A program made the position numbers and the translations under genes. The notes under the pieces are model-generated. The model made no database searches, had not been told where the DNA came from, and worked only from the letters and a program-made list of their open reading frames with translations. Source: Octopus bimaculoides (Eukaryota). From it: 64,000 nt of DNA. The stretch is from contig NC_068981.1 of the NCBI RefSeq assembly GCF_001194135.2, forward strand, positions 72,578,820 through 72,642,819, written 5' to 3'. Each line of letters opens with the position of its first letter. The stretch's first letter is position 1. Shown one piece after another: positions 39,555 through 52,544 of the stretch.

Positions 39555-40540
39555 ATTAGTCAAAAATAAACAGACGATAAGTGTCATGACCTGAATGCTT
39601 TTGATCGTAGGTCTGTTTGATCAACGTTGATTTGGTGTTAAACGGTTTCAATGGTGCGCACAATACTATATACTGTCAAATTCTCTATCCATCCATGCAT
39701 GCATCCATCCATCCATCCGTCCGTCCATCCGTCCGTCCATCTTCACCGCTTGCACGGCGATTATTAATTTTATGAAGTAATTAGTGACGGAACCAGACTG
39801 AATAGCGTTCAACCTAGGATAGAAGTATTATAGATAAATTCTTGCTCAGCAGTTCTCATCACATTCCTGAGAGGATCGTGATGGGTAGAAACCTCCAGAG
39901 ACTGATATCAGAAGTAAACGTCAGCAAATTACCCGGTCGTATCATTCCCCGTCATCTAAAATGAAATCTGTTATGCATCATTAGACATATCTAGTAGTTA
40001 TCATAACTATACATTATTGAATATTGTGCATTAGCATCCTTTGTTGAAAACATTGTGAATAAAAACAAACAAACAACCCAAAATACTTTCAGCCATCGAA
40101 TATAAAACGGTATCCAAGTTATTAATCAATGATTTAGGTTTTATTTTGATAATTTATTGTAAAGAAAAATCAGTCAATTCTTCGAAGTCTGGTTTAATAG
40201 TATCGCTTTGCTCTATGCTGTCCTTAGCGGAGTTCAGTTTGTAGCAAGTATTCAAAACCAGAGCCTCCGGTATTCATTGACCTAGATGAGCATCAGCCGT
40301 ATCAGTCTGGAAGGACCTGCAAAACTGAAGGGCAGTGTTCCATTTATTTCATAAAAATTTATAGCTACAAATTTTCTTATATATATGGTTTTTGTTAGAA
40401 ATTTAGAATAAGTAGCAGACTTGAACGCCTGGACTGATATGATCGACTAAACCCTTTAATGTGGTTCTCGAGTGTGGTCCCAGCCCAATAAGATACTTAA
40501 AGCATTAAAAACATATGTGTGCACATATGCACGCGCGCTT

Positions 40541-40575
<35 letters not shown>

Positions 40576-40585
40576 TATACATACA

Positions 40586-40709
<124 letters not shown>

Positions 40710-40923
40710 TGTATATGTATATACAAAACAAACGCACACACATTAATACGACATACTTTCAGTCAATCACATTTCACGCACAAGGCATTAATCGACAAGA
40801 GGTTGTTTGGTAGAAAGCATTTTCCTAAGGTGATGAACATTCAAGCAACCTGGAAAACTAATAAAGTGAACTTCATTATTCTTAAGAGAAAACATTCATT
40901 TAATTCAATACTTATGAAATATA

Positions 40924-41340
40924 GGCGCAGGAGTGGCTGTGTGGTAAGTAGCTTGCTTACCAACCACATGGTTCCGGGTTCAGTCCCACTGCGTGGCATT
41001 CTGGGCAAGTGTCTTCTACTATAGCCTCGAGCCGACCAAAGTCTTGTGAGAGGATTTGGTAGATGAACACTGAGAGAAGCCCGTCGTATATATGTATATA
41101 TATGTATATATGTGTATGTGTGTTTGTGTTTCTATGCTTGTCCCCCCACCATCGCTTGACAACCGATGCTGGTGTGTTTACGTCCCCGTAACTTAGCGGT
41201 TCGGCAAAAAGAGACCGATAGAATAAGTACTAGGCTTACAAAGAATAAGTCCTGGGGTCGATTTTATCGACTAAAGGCGGTGCTCCAGCATGGCGGCAGT
41301 CAAATGAGTGAAACAAGTAAAAGAGTAAAAGAGTAAAAGT
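40924..41340 (+). mobile_element. SINE family A, full length
   Basis: tRNA-like head with A/B boxes, CORE-like box, internal (TA)/(TG) run, 3' (AAAAGAGT)n tail. Confidence 0.92.
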
Positions 41341-41342
41341 GT

Positions 41343-41564
41343 AAGGCGGTGAGATGGCAGAATCGTTTGCACGCCGGGCGAAATGCTTAGCCGTATTTCG
41401 TCTGTCTTTACGTTCAGAGTTCAAATTCCGCCAAGGTCGACTTTCATCCTTTCGGAGTCGATAAATTAAGTACCAGTTGCGTACTGGTGTCGATCTAATC
41501 AACTGGACCCTTCCTCAAAAATTTCGGGCCTTGTGCCTAGAGTAGAAAAGATTAATAATTATTA
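41343..41564 (+). mobile_element. SINE family B, full length
   Basis: High similarity to 15362-15500 and to the reverse complement of 14503-14711. Confidence 0.9.
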
Positions 41565-41889
41565 AAGTTTTAATAGAATATATTATAATATCATATATTA
41601 CATATAGCTCAAAAGCCGCCCGATAAGGGGGCTTTTAAGTTAGCTCTTGTGGAAGGCTCTACATTCGGCCTTGAGCCCAATAATGACACTTCATGCATTG
41701 AGTACACATTATATTTTATTAAACTTGACCAATATTTTTCAAGCAATGACCAATTTTCGACAAAACAATGATATAAATTGTTGACTTGGAACTTATTGCA
41801 AAGCTTCATGATAAACAACATCTTTTGTCTTCCCATTCGGGCGACAGTACAATTCTTTTTTCTGCCTAACCTCTTTCTTTCTGTTGATT

Positions 41890-42087
41890 GTTTTCAACCA
41901 TCACCATCACCAGTACCACCACCAGCGCCACCACAACTGCCATACGCCATTCAGACTTCTGACGATACCACCATCAACGCCTTTGACTCGCCGCCTCCCC
42001 CTCCACCACCATCACTGTCTTTCACATCCCTTACTATCACCATCATGCTTGACCGCCTCAGCTACCAGCAGCAGCAGTAGCAGCGGC

Positions 42088-42118
<31 letters not shown>

Positions 42119-42183
42119 CCANNNNNNNNNNATCACCATCATGCTTGACCGCCTCAGCTACCAGCAGCAGCAGTAGCAGCGGC

Positions 42184-42240
<57 letters not shown>

Positions 42241-42350
42241 ACCATCGCCTCCGCCTCTACCACAACTACAGCTCATACTATTACTATCATCCCGTTAGCA
42301 GCTCAATTGTCAATCTACTACCGCCCTTACCGTCTCTATGCCTACTATTA
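41890..42350. repeat. CAC/CAG trinucleotide low-complexity tract with gap-flanking duplication
   Basis: Poly-CAG/CAC; 42036-42121 is repeated at 42132-42217 across a 10-N gap. Confidence 0.85.
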
Positions 42351-44328
42351 CTCTCACCCCAGCAAGAGGAGAAATTCATTTTGACATTTATTATTATAGA
42401 TTATAAAGTTATTTGTGTTAAGCACGGTAATAATAATTTTATGAATAAGTTAGATTGTACTACTTTAGATGACACCTATTAAAATCTAAATCCAAAATAA
42501 TATGGCGATTATTTGCTACATCAATAATTCTAAAAATGGATAAATGTCGTAACCTAAACAAACTGTGATAGTCATCCTTACTTTGAGTCGCTGGAACCTG
42601 TCAAAAAAATGCAAATATTTCCACAGGTGTCTTCTCTTTGTGTGTCGTTTTAAATTACATCAAATACAACAGAAGTCCATAAGTAGAAAAATCATTAATG
42701 CTAATACTTTCAGCGGTGGCTTTATAGATCTTTGGAGCATTTGTTGGCTGTATACCTCATTAGTGACTAAGCCATCACTAAGTGTGTTCCCAGTTTGGGG
42801 GTTATTGAATCCTATGCCCAATAGCCATCTGAAACTCTCATCCAAGATGTCTGTTACATATCGTTATTAACTTCATTGACATTAACCACATTGCTCAGCC
42901 GAGATTATTGCTAGAAATATCAGGTGTGAGTAAAGATATAGAACGAGTTAACTGGACTAATCAAAATTAGCTAGCCATAGAGTGAAGTTATCACTCTCGC
43001 TGAAGTTTATAAATAAATGTGAACTGAAATACAGAAGAAATAAGGCTGATGAGAATATGTGGTTACCTTTTGTGTCAAGAAACATTAGTAGTAGTAAAGG
43101 TGACAGTAATACCTTTTAGAAACGTGAATCCCTTGATAGGTATTTATCATCAGTTTCTGCAGTTTGAAGTGGATAAAAGACATCTCTTGAATACATCACT
43201 CTATAGAAAAACTGAACTCAGCAGTGTAGGTTAGCGAAATATCATTGAGTTCCTAGTATGGTGACTTCCTAATTGAAAGAAAGAGTAAATATTTGGAATA
43301 TATCTTGTAAATACACATTTTTTGTTTTGTATCCTGTGCACATTACTTCTCATTGAATTCACAATGGCATAAAAGCGCTACGAGCCACTGAATGTTTGTC
43401 CTTTTTGTGTGGAACTTTGTCGTTTTGGCAATCCAAATTCTCTATAAATAGTATGTAGGGAATTGAATAAATGACCTGCTTTTAATTGCAGTCTTGCCTA
43501 AATATTCCGTGTAATCGATTTGGTTATAAGAGATCAGTGATATACCTCACTACAACTCATTATAGTGTGAAACAAATGTAGCAATTTGCATCGATGTTAA
43601 GTATCTGTTTTGATTATTGGTGAATAACCAGAGTATTAAGTATTACACGGATGTAATAGGTAATAATATAAGTAATAAGTATTATATAAATTATATGCAC
43701 GTCTCCGCATATCCCTCTAGCTCTCATTAGTCAATGCGTGTAGAAGTCTTGGGTTGTATGAAAGGTTCTTTGCGACTAAATTATGTGCATTGCATACTGA
43801 ATAAATATAAGTTTACTTCCTAATTATTAAATAATTTTAGGCGACTATAACTTCGTGTGCACATTAATTTCTCTTGGGCACTGGATGCAAAATCTGTACG
43901 AAAACACGTATCCACAGCTTAGGGGAGCGAGTCCTGTCCATAGCAAATATGCAAAATAAATACTCCATCCTCTCTAAAGGTAATATTAAAAGAATGTAAG
44001 AAAGAAAGATAAAGAGATTTACTTTCGATTTCAGCATCGGATGGCTAGTATTTTATTTGTCATTTTCCTGCTTATAGTACATTCATTCTGTGAATAGACT
44101 CGTCATTGCTGAGATTGTTAGCTATTATCTATCATACTTCAGGAATTTTATAGATTGTTGAACGTATGAATGTTATTGACATAAGGAACACTGAATAGTC
44201 TTACAACGCAGATTCCTAATGTTTATACAATTACTTCAAACATTTGAGAACATTATGACTGTATTATACGAATACTTCAGAGATTTAGAGTATAGTTTCT
44301 ACAACTAATTCAACGGGCGATCCCCTCT

Positions 44329-44385
<57 letters not shown>

Positions 44386-44417
44386 GTGCATATATATATA
44401 TAAATGTGCATATATTC

Positions 44418-44455
<38 letters not shown>

Positions 44456-44467
44456 GTGTGTGTGTTC

Positions 44468-44503
<36 letters not shown>

Positions 44504-44750
44504 ATATATATATATGTATGTATATATACATATATATATATTTATATATATACATGCATATATTCTTATATATATGTAAATGTGCATATATTCATATATA
44601 TATATATGTATGTATATATATACATATATATATTTATATAGATTTATATATATATGCATATATTCTNNNNNNNNNNNNNNNNNNNNNNNNNNNNNNNNNN
44701 NNNNNNNNNNNNNNNNNNNNNNNNNNNNNNNNNNNNNNNNNNNNNNNNNN

Positions 44751-44783
<33 letters not shown>

Positions 44784-45299
44784 ATATATATTTATACATC
44801 CACTCATACAAACACCTAGACAGACACACACATACATATGTGGGTGTGTTGTACACATGTATGTGTTTGTAGTATTTAGCTACCATGTAAGTCACATGGC
44901 TGAGCATTGTAAACAAGTATTGATTTTTAAATATATAAGGACAGCAAGATATTGCGAGTACAGCAATTCTACCTGTTCTCATGTTCATGTTTGTTCAACA
45001 GTGAATTTAACTAAACTTTTATAGTTCTACAGAATTGCACAATAGATTGCATGAAATCACATAACAGTATTACTATTTCTATGGGGATATCTTCCGACAA
45101 TCTGCACGGGTGTACCGGAACTTAAGGCCTATACGGTGAGACTGGTGTGAAAATTCTCATTTTGTTTTCACATCATCCGCTGAGGAGACATCCGAGCTAA
45201 ACTCATGAAACGCGACCTGGTCCAGAGTGAATAACATATTCATATCGATTTGAGATATATATTTTTGAGGTATATTTTTATGTTACCATAAAAATGCCA

Positions 45300-45346
<47 letters not shown>

Positions 45347-46061
45347 CAAACATATATGTAAAGAGAGAGGGAGAGGGAAAGAGAAAGTGCGGAGAGGAGA
45401 AAGAGAGAGGTCTATGTATGTATGTATGTAAATACAGGTGTTTAAACACACACACCTATGCAACTATGTCTCATATATTGATTTGTGGCACAATGCCACG
45501 CACTTTGAGTAGTTCCCATTTTATCGATCTCAGAAGAACGAAAGGCAAATTTGGCCTTGGTGTGATTCTAACTTGGAGCTTAAAGTGACATACCTCAATG
45601 ACGAAGCCAAACGCAATTTGTCTATTGATATCGTTTCTGCCATTCTCCACTCTCGTTGTGTGTAATTATATTCGTACGTTATAAAAGCAATGATCAGATC
45701 AGATGAACGGCTTTTTTTTTTATTCTCTTCGGAACTTTAATAGCCTTTTTCGGTGTTCTCCCAATATTAATATTGCTTTCTCCCTCAGCTAGCTAGAAAT
45801 ATATGCCTTCAGTTCTTGTAAGTGTATTTCGTTGTTCGTCAATGTCAAATTAATGGTGATAAGGGTATGATTTTTAATATTATTTATAAAAAAAAAAAAA
45901 GGTGGTGGATGACAGAAGCCTTCTGGTTTTTAGTTACATCCCTTGACGTTTTGAGTTTATACTCAACCAGGTTCGGCGTTACCTTTCATCTTTCTGATAA
46001 ATAGAAAAGTCACACACATATTCTCATACATTTATACACACATTTCCATGAATGTACACTC

Positions 46062-46117
<56 letters not shown>

Positions 46118-48012
46118 TTATTAATATACATATATTTTTAATATGCACACACACATACATACGTACATACATACGTACATACATACATATATGTATGTAT
46201 ATATATATATATATGTTGGTATGTATGTGTATAAATACATACATATCTGCATTTGTGTATGTGTTCATGTATATTTAAATGTGCATGTACCAACTCACAA
46301 ACATAAACCACATAGATTATAGTCGACCAGTTTTCTGTACCGTATACCAGTCACAGAGTGAAAGTCTAACAAACATTCGAAGATACAGATTTGCAATTAT
46401 TCTATGCTTATGAAAAATAGTACGCTTATGGGATAAACGTTTCTAGATATCTATAGAATTTATTAAAGGATAAAGATTAAAGAAGTTAGTCAAAGAACAC
46501 AGTTCTTAAATCTACTGTAAAGCTCATTACAATGCTAATATAATTCAGATACCGAAAGCTGTGGAGTAGCAGGTATGATAGAATCCAGAGCTAAACTGTT
46601 TATTATATTTTGCTACAGTGGGGACGACTTTAATATTTGGCTTTATGCAATCGATAAAATAGATACCAATTAGAAAATGGACATAACCAATTATTTCTTA
46701 GCCCTAAAAGTTGCTATCCTTGGGTCAATGTGAGAAACGTTTGAAGCGCCATATGGCAAGGGAGATTGTATGGAGCAGAGTTAGAATCTTATTTATAACA
46801 ATTTCGTTATATTAATGTCGCTCATGTCCTTAAGAAAAACGGGAAGCCGTACAATCTCTTTTTCCGTCTCTTATACATTTGCGAAAATGCATCTAAGTAA
46901 TAAAAAAAAAAAAAAAAATTTTAAATCAATATTTCTGATGTTGTCTAAGCAAAGGAATTCTTCCTTGTTTTTCCTTTCTGTAAATGTACCAATCTTAGAA
47001 CTGAAGCTGGTACAAATGAAATATTTTTGTGCAGATTCGTCACTTCCATATTCTTCTCATTCCCCGAAAGTTGATCTATATGTCGATCCTATTTTTCAAT
47101 TTGTGTTTATCCTATATTTCTTTTTTCGTACAATATATGGAAGGCAGAATTATCCAATTTGTTTTTCCATTTTAAACATCGAAGGAAGTGATCTGAGGAT
47201 GATTTGATTACGAATTCTAAAATATGTTCACAACCTCACATACATACAAACAAACATCATCATATTGCAGCCTTCCACACTTTCTGAGATATGTTGCTGC
47301 ATAACTATAACTTCTATATCAACCACTTTCAGATCTGTATCCAAACAAACTAAAAATCTCACCCCCACCAATCTATCTACTCTACCCTTTATACTAGTAA
47401 TCCAAAAGAACACGATGCAAAATATAACATCAAACTCAACATAAATATTACACACACACACGCGCACAACAAATGGAAATACTAGGGATAACGCAGAAAG
47501 CCACTTCAACGTTTACAGAAGAAAAAGTCAAGAGAAAAAGTCTACGCACAATCATTCTTAGAGCAATCACTGTTCCCACATTCGGTCAAGAGACGTACTC
47601 ACACAAATACATGCATGTGTATTCAGACACACGCACACATACACACAAAACGCATACGAACAATAACACCCTCATACATATTCACTATTAAAACTATCAT
47701 AAATTATGCCTGTCCTAACTAATCATGCATTTTTTTTTACAACCAGTCACTTATAGTAAACAACTAAGCTCACAAAATTACGCACTTCACATTGTATTAG
47801 ACTGCACGTCGACATTAGCCAGATTCCCTACTACACAATCAAATAAAGCTACTTCTTAATAACTAAAACTCAATCACACACCGACACTGAGATACGTCTA
47901 GCGCAGCCAAGTAAAACTACGACGGAGAAGCCTCCATACGATCAACCGATTCGCTAGAAATAACACCGAAATCTCTTAGCAATCCCACTGTACCGTCTTA
48001 ATATCATATATA

Positions 48013-49046
48013 TACGTCTGATCATATATATCATATGATATATATGATCAATAAGTATCTGGACTGTTACCATAGTAACGAAGCTAAAGCACGCAGTGTA
48101 AAGCCGCTTGATATAGATTGACCTTAAACTCTGCTGTGCATATGCACTAAATTTTAACATTCTATCTCACTTCCGCTGTTGACAGCAGTGCTTGGAAGGA
48201 AAGTGTGTTGCGTGTGATCGTCGCTTTGACCATGACAGAATAAGTTGAGCAGAAAATTTGCATCAAATTTTGCCAAAAGCTTGGCGATATCTGCTCAGAG
48301 GTCTACGCAAATTATTCAGAAAGTTTTCATCGTTCTCGATACAATCAAGGAAACCTGAGTGTGTTTTTGGTCAGCTGAAAGCAGTTTTGGCACGAGCTTG
48401 GAAGACACGCGTCTCATATCCAAATCGTCGGTGATAATGGACTGAACTGAACCGTAAGTAATCCGCACATCCTCTGATAACTCACGGATAGTGGTTCGAC
48501 GATTTCCCCTCCCACGCACATCTGCGATGTTTTTCTCAGTTCTGCTAGTTGCGAGTCTCCCAGAACGTTCGTCAATATCGATATTTTTTCAGCCATCTTG
48601 AAAAAAAACTTAGCGATACCTGCTCAGAGGCCTACGCAAACTATTCAAAAAGTTTTCCTCGTTCTCGACACAATCAAGGAGATCTTGTGCAACTGAAAGC
48701 TGAGTGTGTTTTTGGTCAGCTGAAAGCATTTTTTCAGCCGTCTGAACCACTCGTACACTTGTGAGTGACTCATACACTCCTCTCCATATACTTTCTGCAA
48801 CTTTGCGCAGACATCTGAGCAAGTATCGCCATGACAACTTTCTCTATCATGATTAATGCGACGATCACACGCTACACATGTTCTTTCCAAGCACTGCTGT
48901 AAACAGCGGAAGTGAGATAGGGTGTTAAAACTTAGTGCACATGCACAGCAGAGTTCGGGGTCAGTTTTTGCCAAGCGGCTTCATTCTGCATGTTTCAGCT
49001 TCGTTACTATGGCAACAGTCCTGATACTTATTGATCAGACTTCGTG
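48013..49046. mobile_element. Rearranged mariner (DD34D, irritans/Hsmar2-like) element with two inverted 5' ends
   Basis: Both ends carry TIR tctgatcaataagtatc.ggactgtt and ~270 bp of the same 5' region in opposite orientation; peptides ICIKFCQKLGD, MSHSQVYEWF, RRTTIRELSEDVRITYGSVQSIITDDLDMRRVSSKLVPKLLS, VENDENFLN. Confidence 0.9.
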
Positions 49047-49524
49047 TGCGTGATATTTATTGATAGACTTCGTGGTTGTTCGTGGGTGCGCGTGTGTGGA
49101 TGTGTGTGTGCCTGTGTGTGTGAGTGTGTGTAAGTGTGTGTGTGTGTGAAATACAGAAATACAGAGACACTGGATAATGTAGAGATCTTTTTGGGTTTTT
49201 TCACTGTCTATAATTTTGTTCCAATTGTTTTTAAATTTGGCATATGGATTAAGCTATGTATATTAATTATGAAAACAATTTATTTTCCCTATAAATCCAT
49301 TATTAAAATATTATTAGCCTTTAACATTTGCAAAATTTGGGTATTTTAGCTAATCAGAAGCAAGTATTTTACACATCACAGTGCGAAATCTACGTAAGCA
49401 AAGAAGCACTACGTGTTCCATAGCTGATTGCGAAGAACTCTGTTTCCATAGTAAGCAAAGATGCTGCGCATGCACACAAAGAATGTAACCACCACTTGTT
49501 CTATAGTTGTTTGTTTTCATAATA

Positions 49525-49882
49525 GATGGGACTCACATTCAACAAATTGAAAGTACCTGGGCATCTTTAAAGCGTGGAAACAATCGCCGGTGTGGGACAC
49601 ACCATTCCATGGTTGACTCTTATCTTTGTAAATTTATGTGGAGAAGGAGATATGAGAAAGATAATTTATTTTATAAAACCCTAGAGTGTATTGCAAACTT
49701 TCGTACTTGAATATTTTAAACTAATAATTGTCTGTTTTAAGCAATGTTTGACTCATTTCTAGCAACACCTGTTGGTTTGCCTGTTGCTTTTAAATATTTA
49801 ATTTTCTCGTAAATGTTTTAATGGTTTTCGCTGTTTACTGTAGCTAGTTTAATGTTTTGACATGCCGGTCCATCTCCCACCC
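49525..49882 (+). mobile_element. Merlin (IS1016/ISXO2-like) transposase C-terminal fragment and probable right end
   Basis: GTHIQQIESTWASLKR..RRCGT..VDSYLCKFMWRRR..DNLF matches the Merlin HTQxIESxW..DSYLxEFMWR pattern; GC-rich ccggtccatctcccacc is a candidate TIR. Confidence 0.75.
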
Positions 49883-51837
49883 GGTGATAGAAGAGGCAGC
49901 GAACGCGCTGTTTTCTGTTAGGCTAAAAATTCTGAAAACTTTCAACACCTGTAACATTTTCGCAAATTTTTTTCTGGAATAAATGAATAACGAATTCGTA
50001 TCCGGCGTCAAAAATTACATCTATGTGATACATAAAATTTTTTGTAAAGATTTCGACATGCAGTGACGAAAATTACAAAGATCCTAGTATAGTCCTTAAC
50101 ACTCCTAAAATGACAGCCACAAATGGAATCCCGTTGATTACACAGTTGCAATGATGTCGACACCCCAGACATTGTATATCCAACACATTTCAGAAAAACT
50201 CATAAGACATTTACCTAACTATAGCAGTGACATCAATAACAGCAGTTACCAGAAATAATATGCAAGGATGAACTCCATTGATGCTCAGTGTAGAGAAACT
50301 ACTGCTGATCTTCATATATAAAATCACAATATAGCGCAGTACACAGTAGGTTGCATTACCAAACCGAGGCATGGCATGTTTGGAATAATAGATCTGTAGA
50401 ACCTATCCAAACATTCGAATTATTTACTATCGTATGTTTCTGCTTGTTAGGTACTAATATAGATGAACAATATTTTTAGTCTGAAACCGAAAACAGAAAC
50501 GAAAGAGCAGTTGAACTGTTTTTTTCTTCATTCCTCAGAGCAATTATGTCATCGGTAACGTAAAGCTGAGTCGATCTCAGTCTAATATTTATTCGGATGT
50601 TGGAAATATATCTTTTTGATACATGTATGGTATTAAGAAACTTCGACATCATTTTGATGTATTTTTTTTTCACATCTTGTCACNNNNNNNNNNNNNNNNN
50701 NNNNNNNNNNNNNNNNNNNNNNNNNNNNNNNNNNNNNNNNNNNNNNNNNNNNNNNNNNNNNNNNNNNNNNNNNNNNNNNNNNNNNNNNNNNNNNNNNNNN
50801 NNNNNNNNNNNNNNNNNNNNNNNNNNNNNNNNNNNNNNNNNNNNNNNNNNNNNNNNNNNNNNNNNNNNNNNNNNNNNNNNNNNNNNNNNNNNNNNNNNNN
50901 NNNNNNNNNNNNNNNNNNNNNNNNNNNNNNNNNNNNNNNNNNNNNNNNNNNNNNNNNNNNNNNNNNNNNNNNNNNNNNNNNNNNNNNNNNNNNNNNNNNN
51001 NNNNNNNNNNNNNNNNNNNNNNNNNNNNNNNNNNNNNNNNNNNNNNNNNNNNNNNNNNNNNNNNNNNNNNNNNNNNNNNNNNNNNNNNNNNNNNNNNNNN
51101 NNNNNNNNNNNNNNNNNNNNNNNNNNNNNNNNNNNNNNNNNNNNNNNNNNNNNNNNNNNNNNNNNNNNNNNNNNNNNNNNNNNNNNNNNNNNNNNNNNNN
51201 NNNNNNNNNNNNNNNNNNNNNNNNNNNNNNNNNNNNNNNNNNNNNNNNNNNNNNNNNNNNNNNNNNNNNNNNNNNNNNNNNNNNNNNNNNNNNNNTCCCT
51301 ATGATCATTTGTTTATTTTTGCTGATGAAGATCCCATTTCTTTATCAGCTGACATTCAACAGGTATACCCAAAAATAGTCGAGAAATAATGACTCAATCT
51401 TGCAATGCAAAATATTTTGCTGTAAGGCTTTTCGGTAACAGGAGGAAATCGTTTTATATCAAACTTCACTTACTAGAGATGATGAGGTTATTATTTTCTT
51501 AAATATTATATATTTTCCCATAGGTTGTATGGTAATGAAATTCACAGAAAGGAAATATAACAATATTTTCTGACACTTTGCTGTCCTTATTCTTATTGGT
51601 GTGGGATTCACTGAGTCTTGTTTGTAAATATGGTGTTACAACACGTTAATCGTCACAAGAGAAGAACCAATGTTACCAACTTAGATCATAGGTCTGCTCG
51701 ACAACGACAGCATTAAAAATGATGAAAGGAGAGAGGAAGAGAGAGAAGAAAAGATTGGATGAGAAGTGAGAGAAAGAAATAGAGAGATAGAAAGAGAAAG
51801 AAGGAGTTTGTGTGTGTATGAGTGTGTCTTTGTGCGT

Positions 51838-51876
<39 letters not shown>

Positions 51877-52345
51877 TGTGTGTGTTTGACAGGAGACGCT
51901 ATTAATCGGGAAAATAAGACTGAGAAGTCATAGTCACCACTTGCGTTACATCTTTTACCTTATTTCTTTGACATTTTGCTACCAACAGAGAAAGTAACGA
52001 CTTTGATGAGAAGAAGGGAATACAAGCACTATTTTCAATTTCATTAGAATGAGTATCCAACTTGATTTTCGCGTCCGTTTATCTATCTATTATTAGTAGT
52101 ATGAGAAAATTTTCTTTTTGTAACTGTTGTAATTACATATCATCCACCGGGCACCTCGTAGACACCTGAGATACATAACGGATGTGATGTTCTTAATTCA
52201 ATGGATGATTATATGTCGTCGAGAAGAGCCATGACTGGATGAATTAAAAACAAACACGCCTAAACATAAGTGTTCAAAACTATGGTGTTTAAAAGATGAT
52301 GGTGTTCTTCGTAAATCGGGCACAGTATCCATTAGGGTTATTTTC

Positions 52346-52440
52346 TCTTCTTCTTCTTCTTCTTCTTTTTCTTCTTCTTCTTCTTCTTCTTCTTCTTCTT
52401 CTTCTTCTTCTTCTTCTTCTTCTTCTTCTTCTTCTTCTTT

Positions 52441-52498
<58 letters not shown>
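52346..52498. repeat. Compound (TTC)n(CTA)n microsatellite
   Basis: Direct observation. Confidence 0.95.
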
Positions 52499-52500
<2 letters not shown>

Positions 52501-52544
52501 TTTCTTCTTCTTCCTTCATATTCTTCCTTCATATTCCCTCAATA

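Noticed and set aside
41610-41636. GC-rich hairpin aaaagccgcccgataagggggctttt as a terminator or Helitron 3' hairpin
   Set aside because: Bacterial terminators are irrelevant here and there is no CTRR end at the expected distance
42036-42217. 86-bp direct duplication either side of a 10-N gap
   Set aside because: Typical unmerged contig overlap, so most likely an assembly artefact
42660-42860. Minus-strand ILDESFRWLLGIG resembling the SLC22/MFS PESPRWL motif
   Set aside because: Similarity stops after the motif and the downstream residues do not fit the transporter pattern
50597-51378. Longest ORFs in the track (212-251 aa; likewise 1056-1784, 24352-24754, 54519-55226)
   Set aside because: They run through N-gaps and TA repeats and are not evidence of coding sequence
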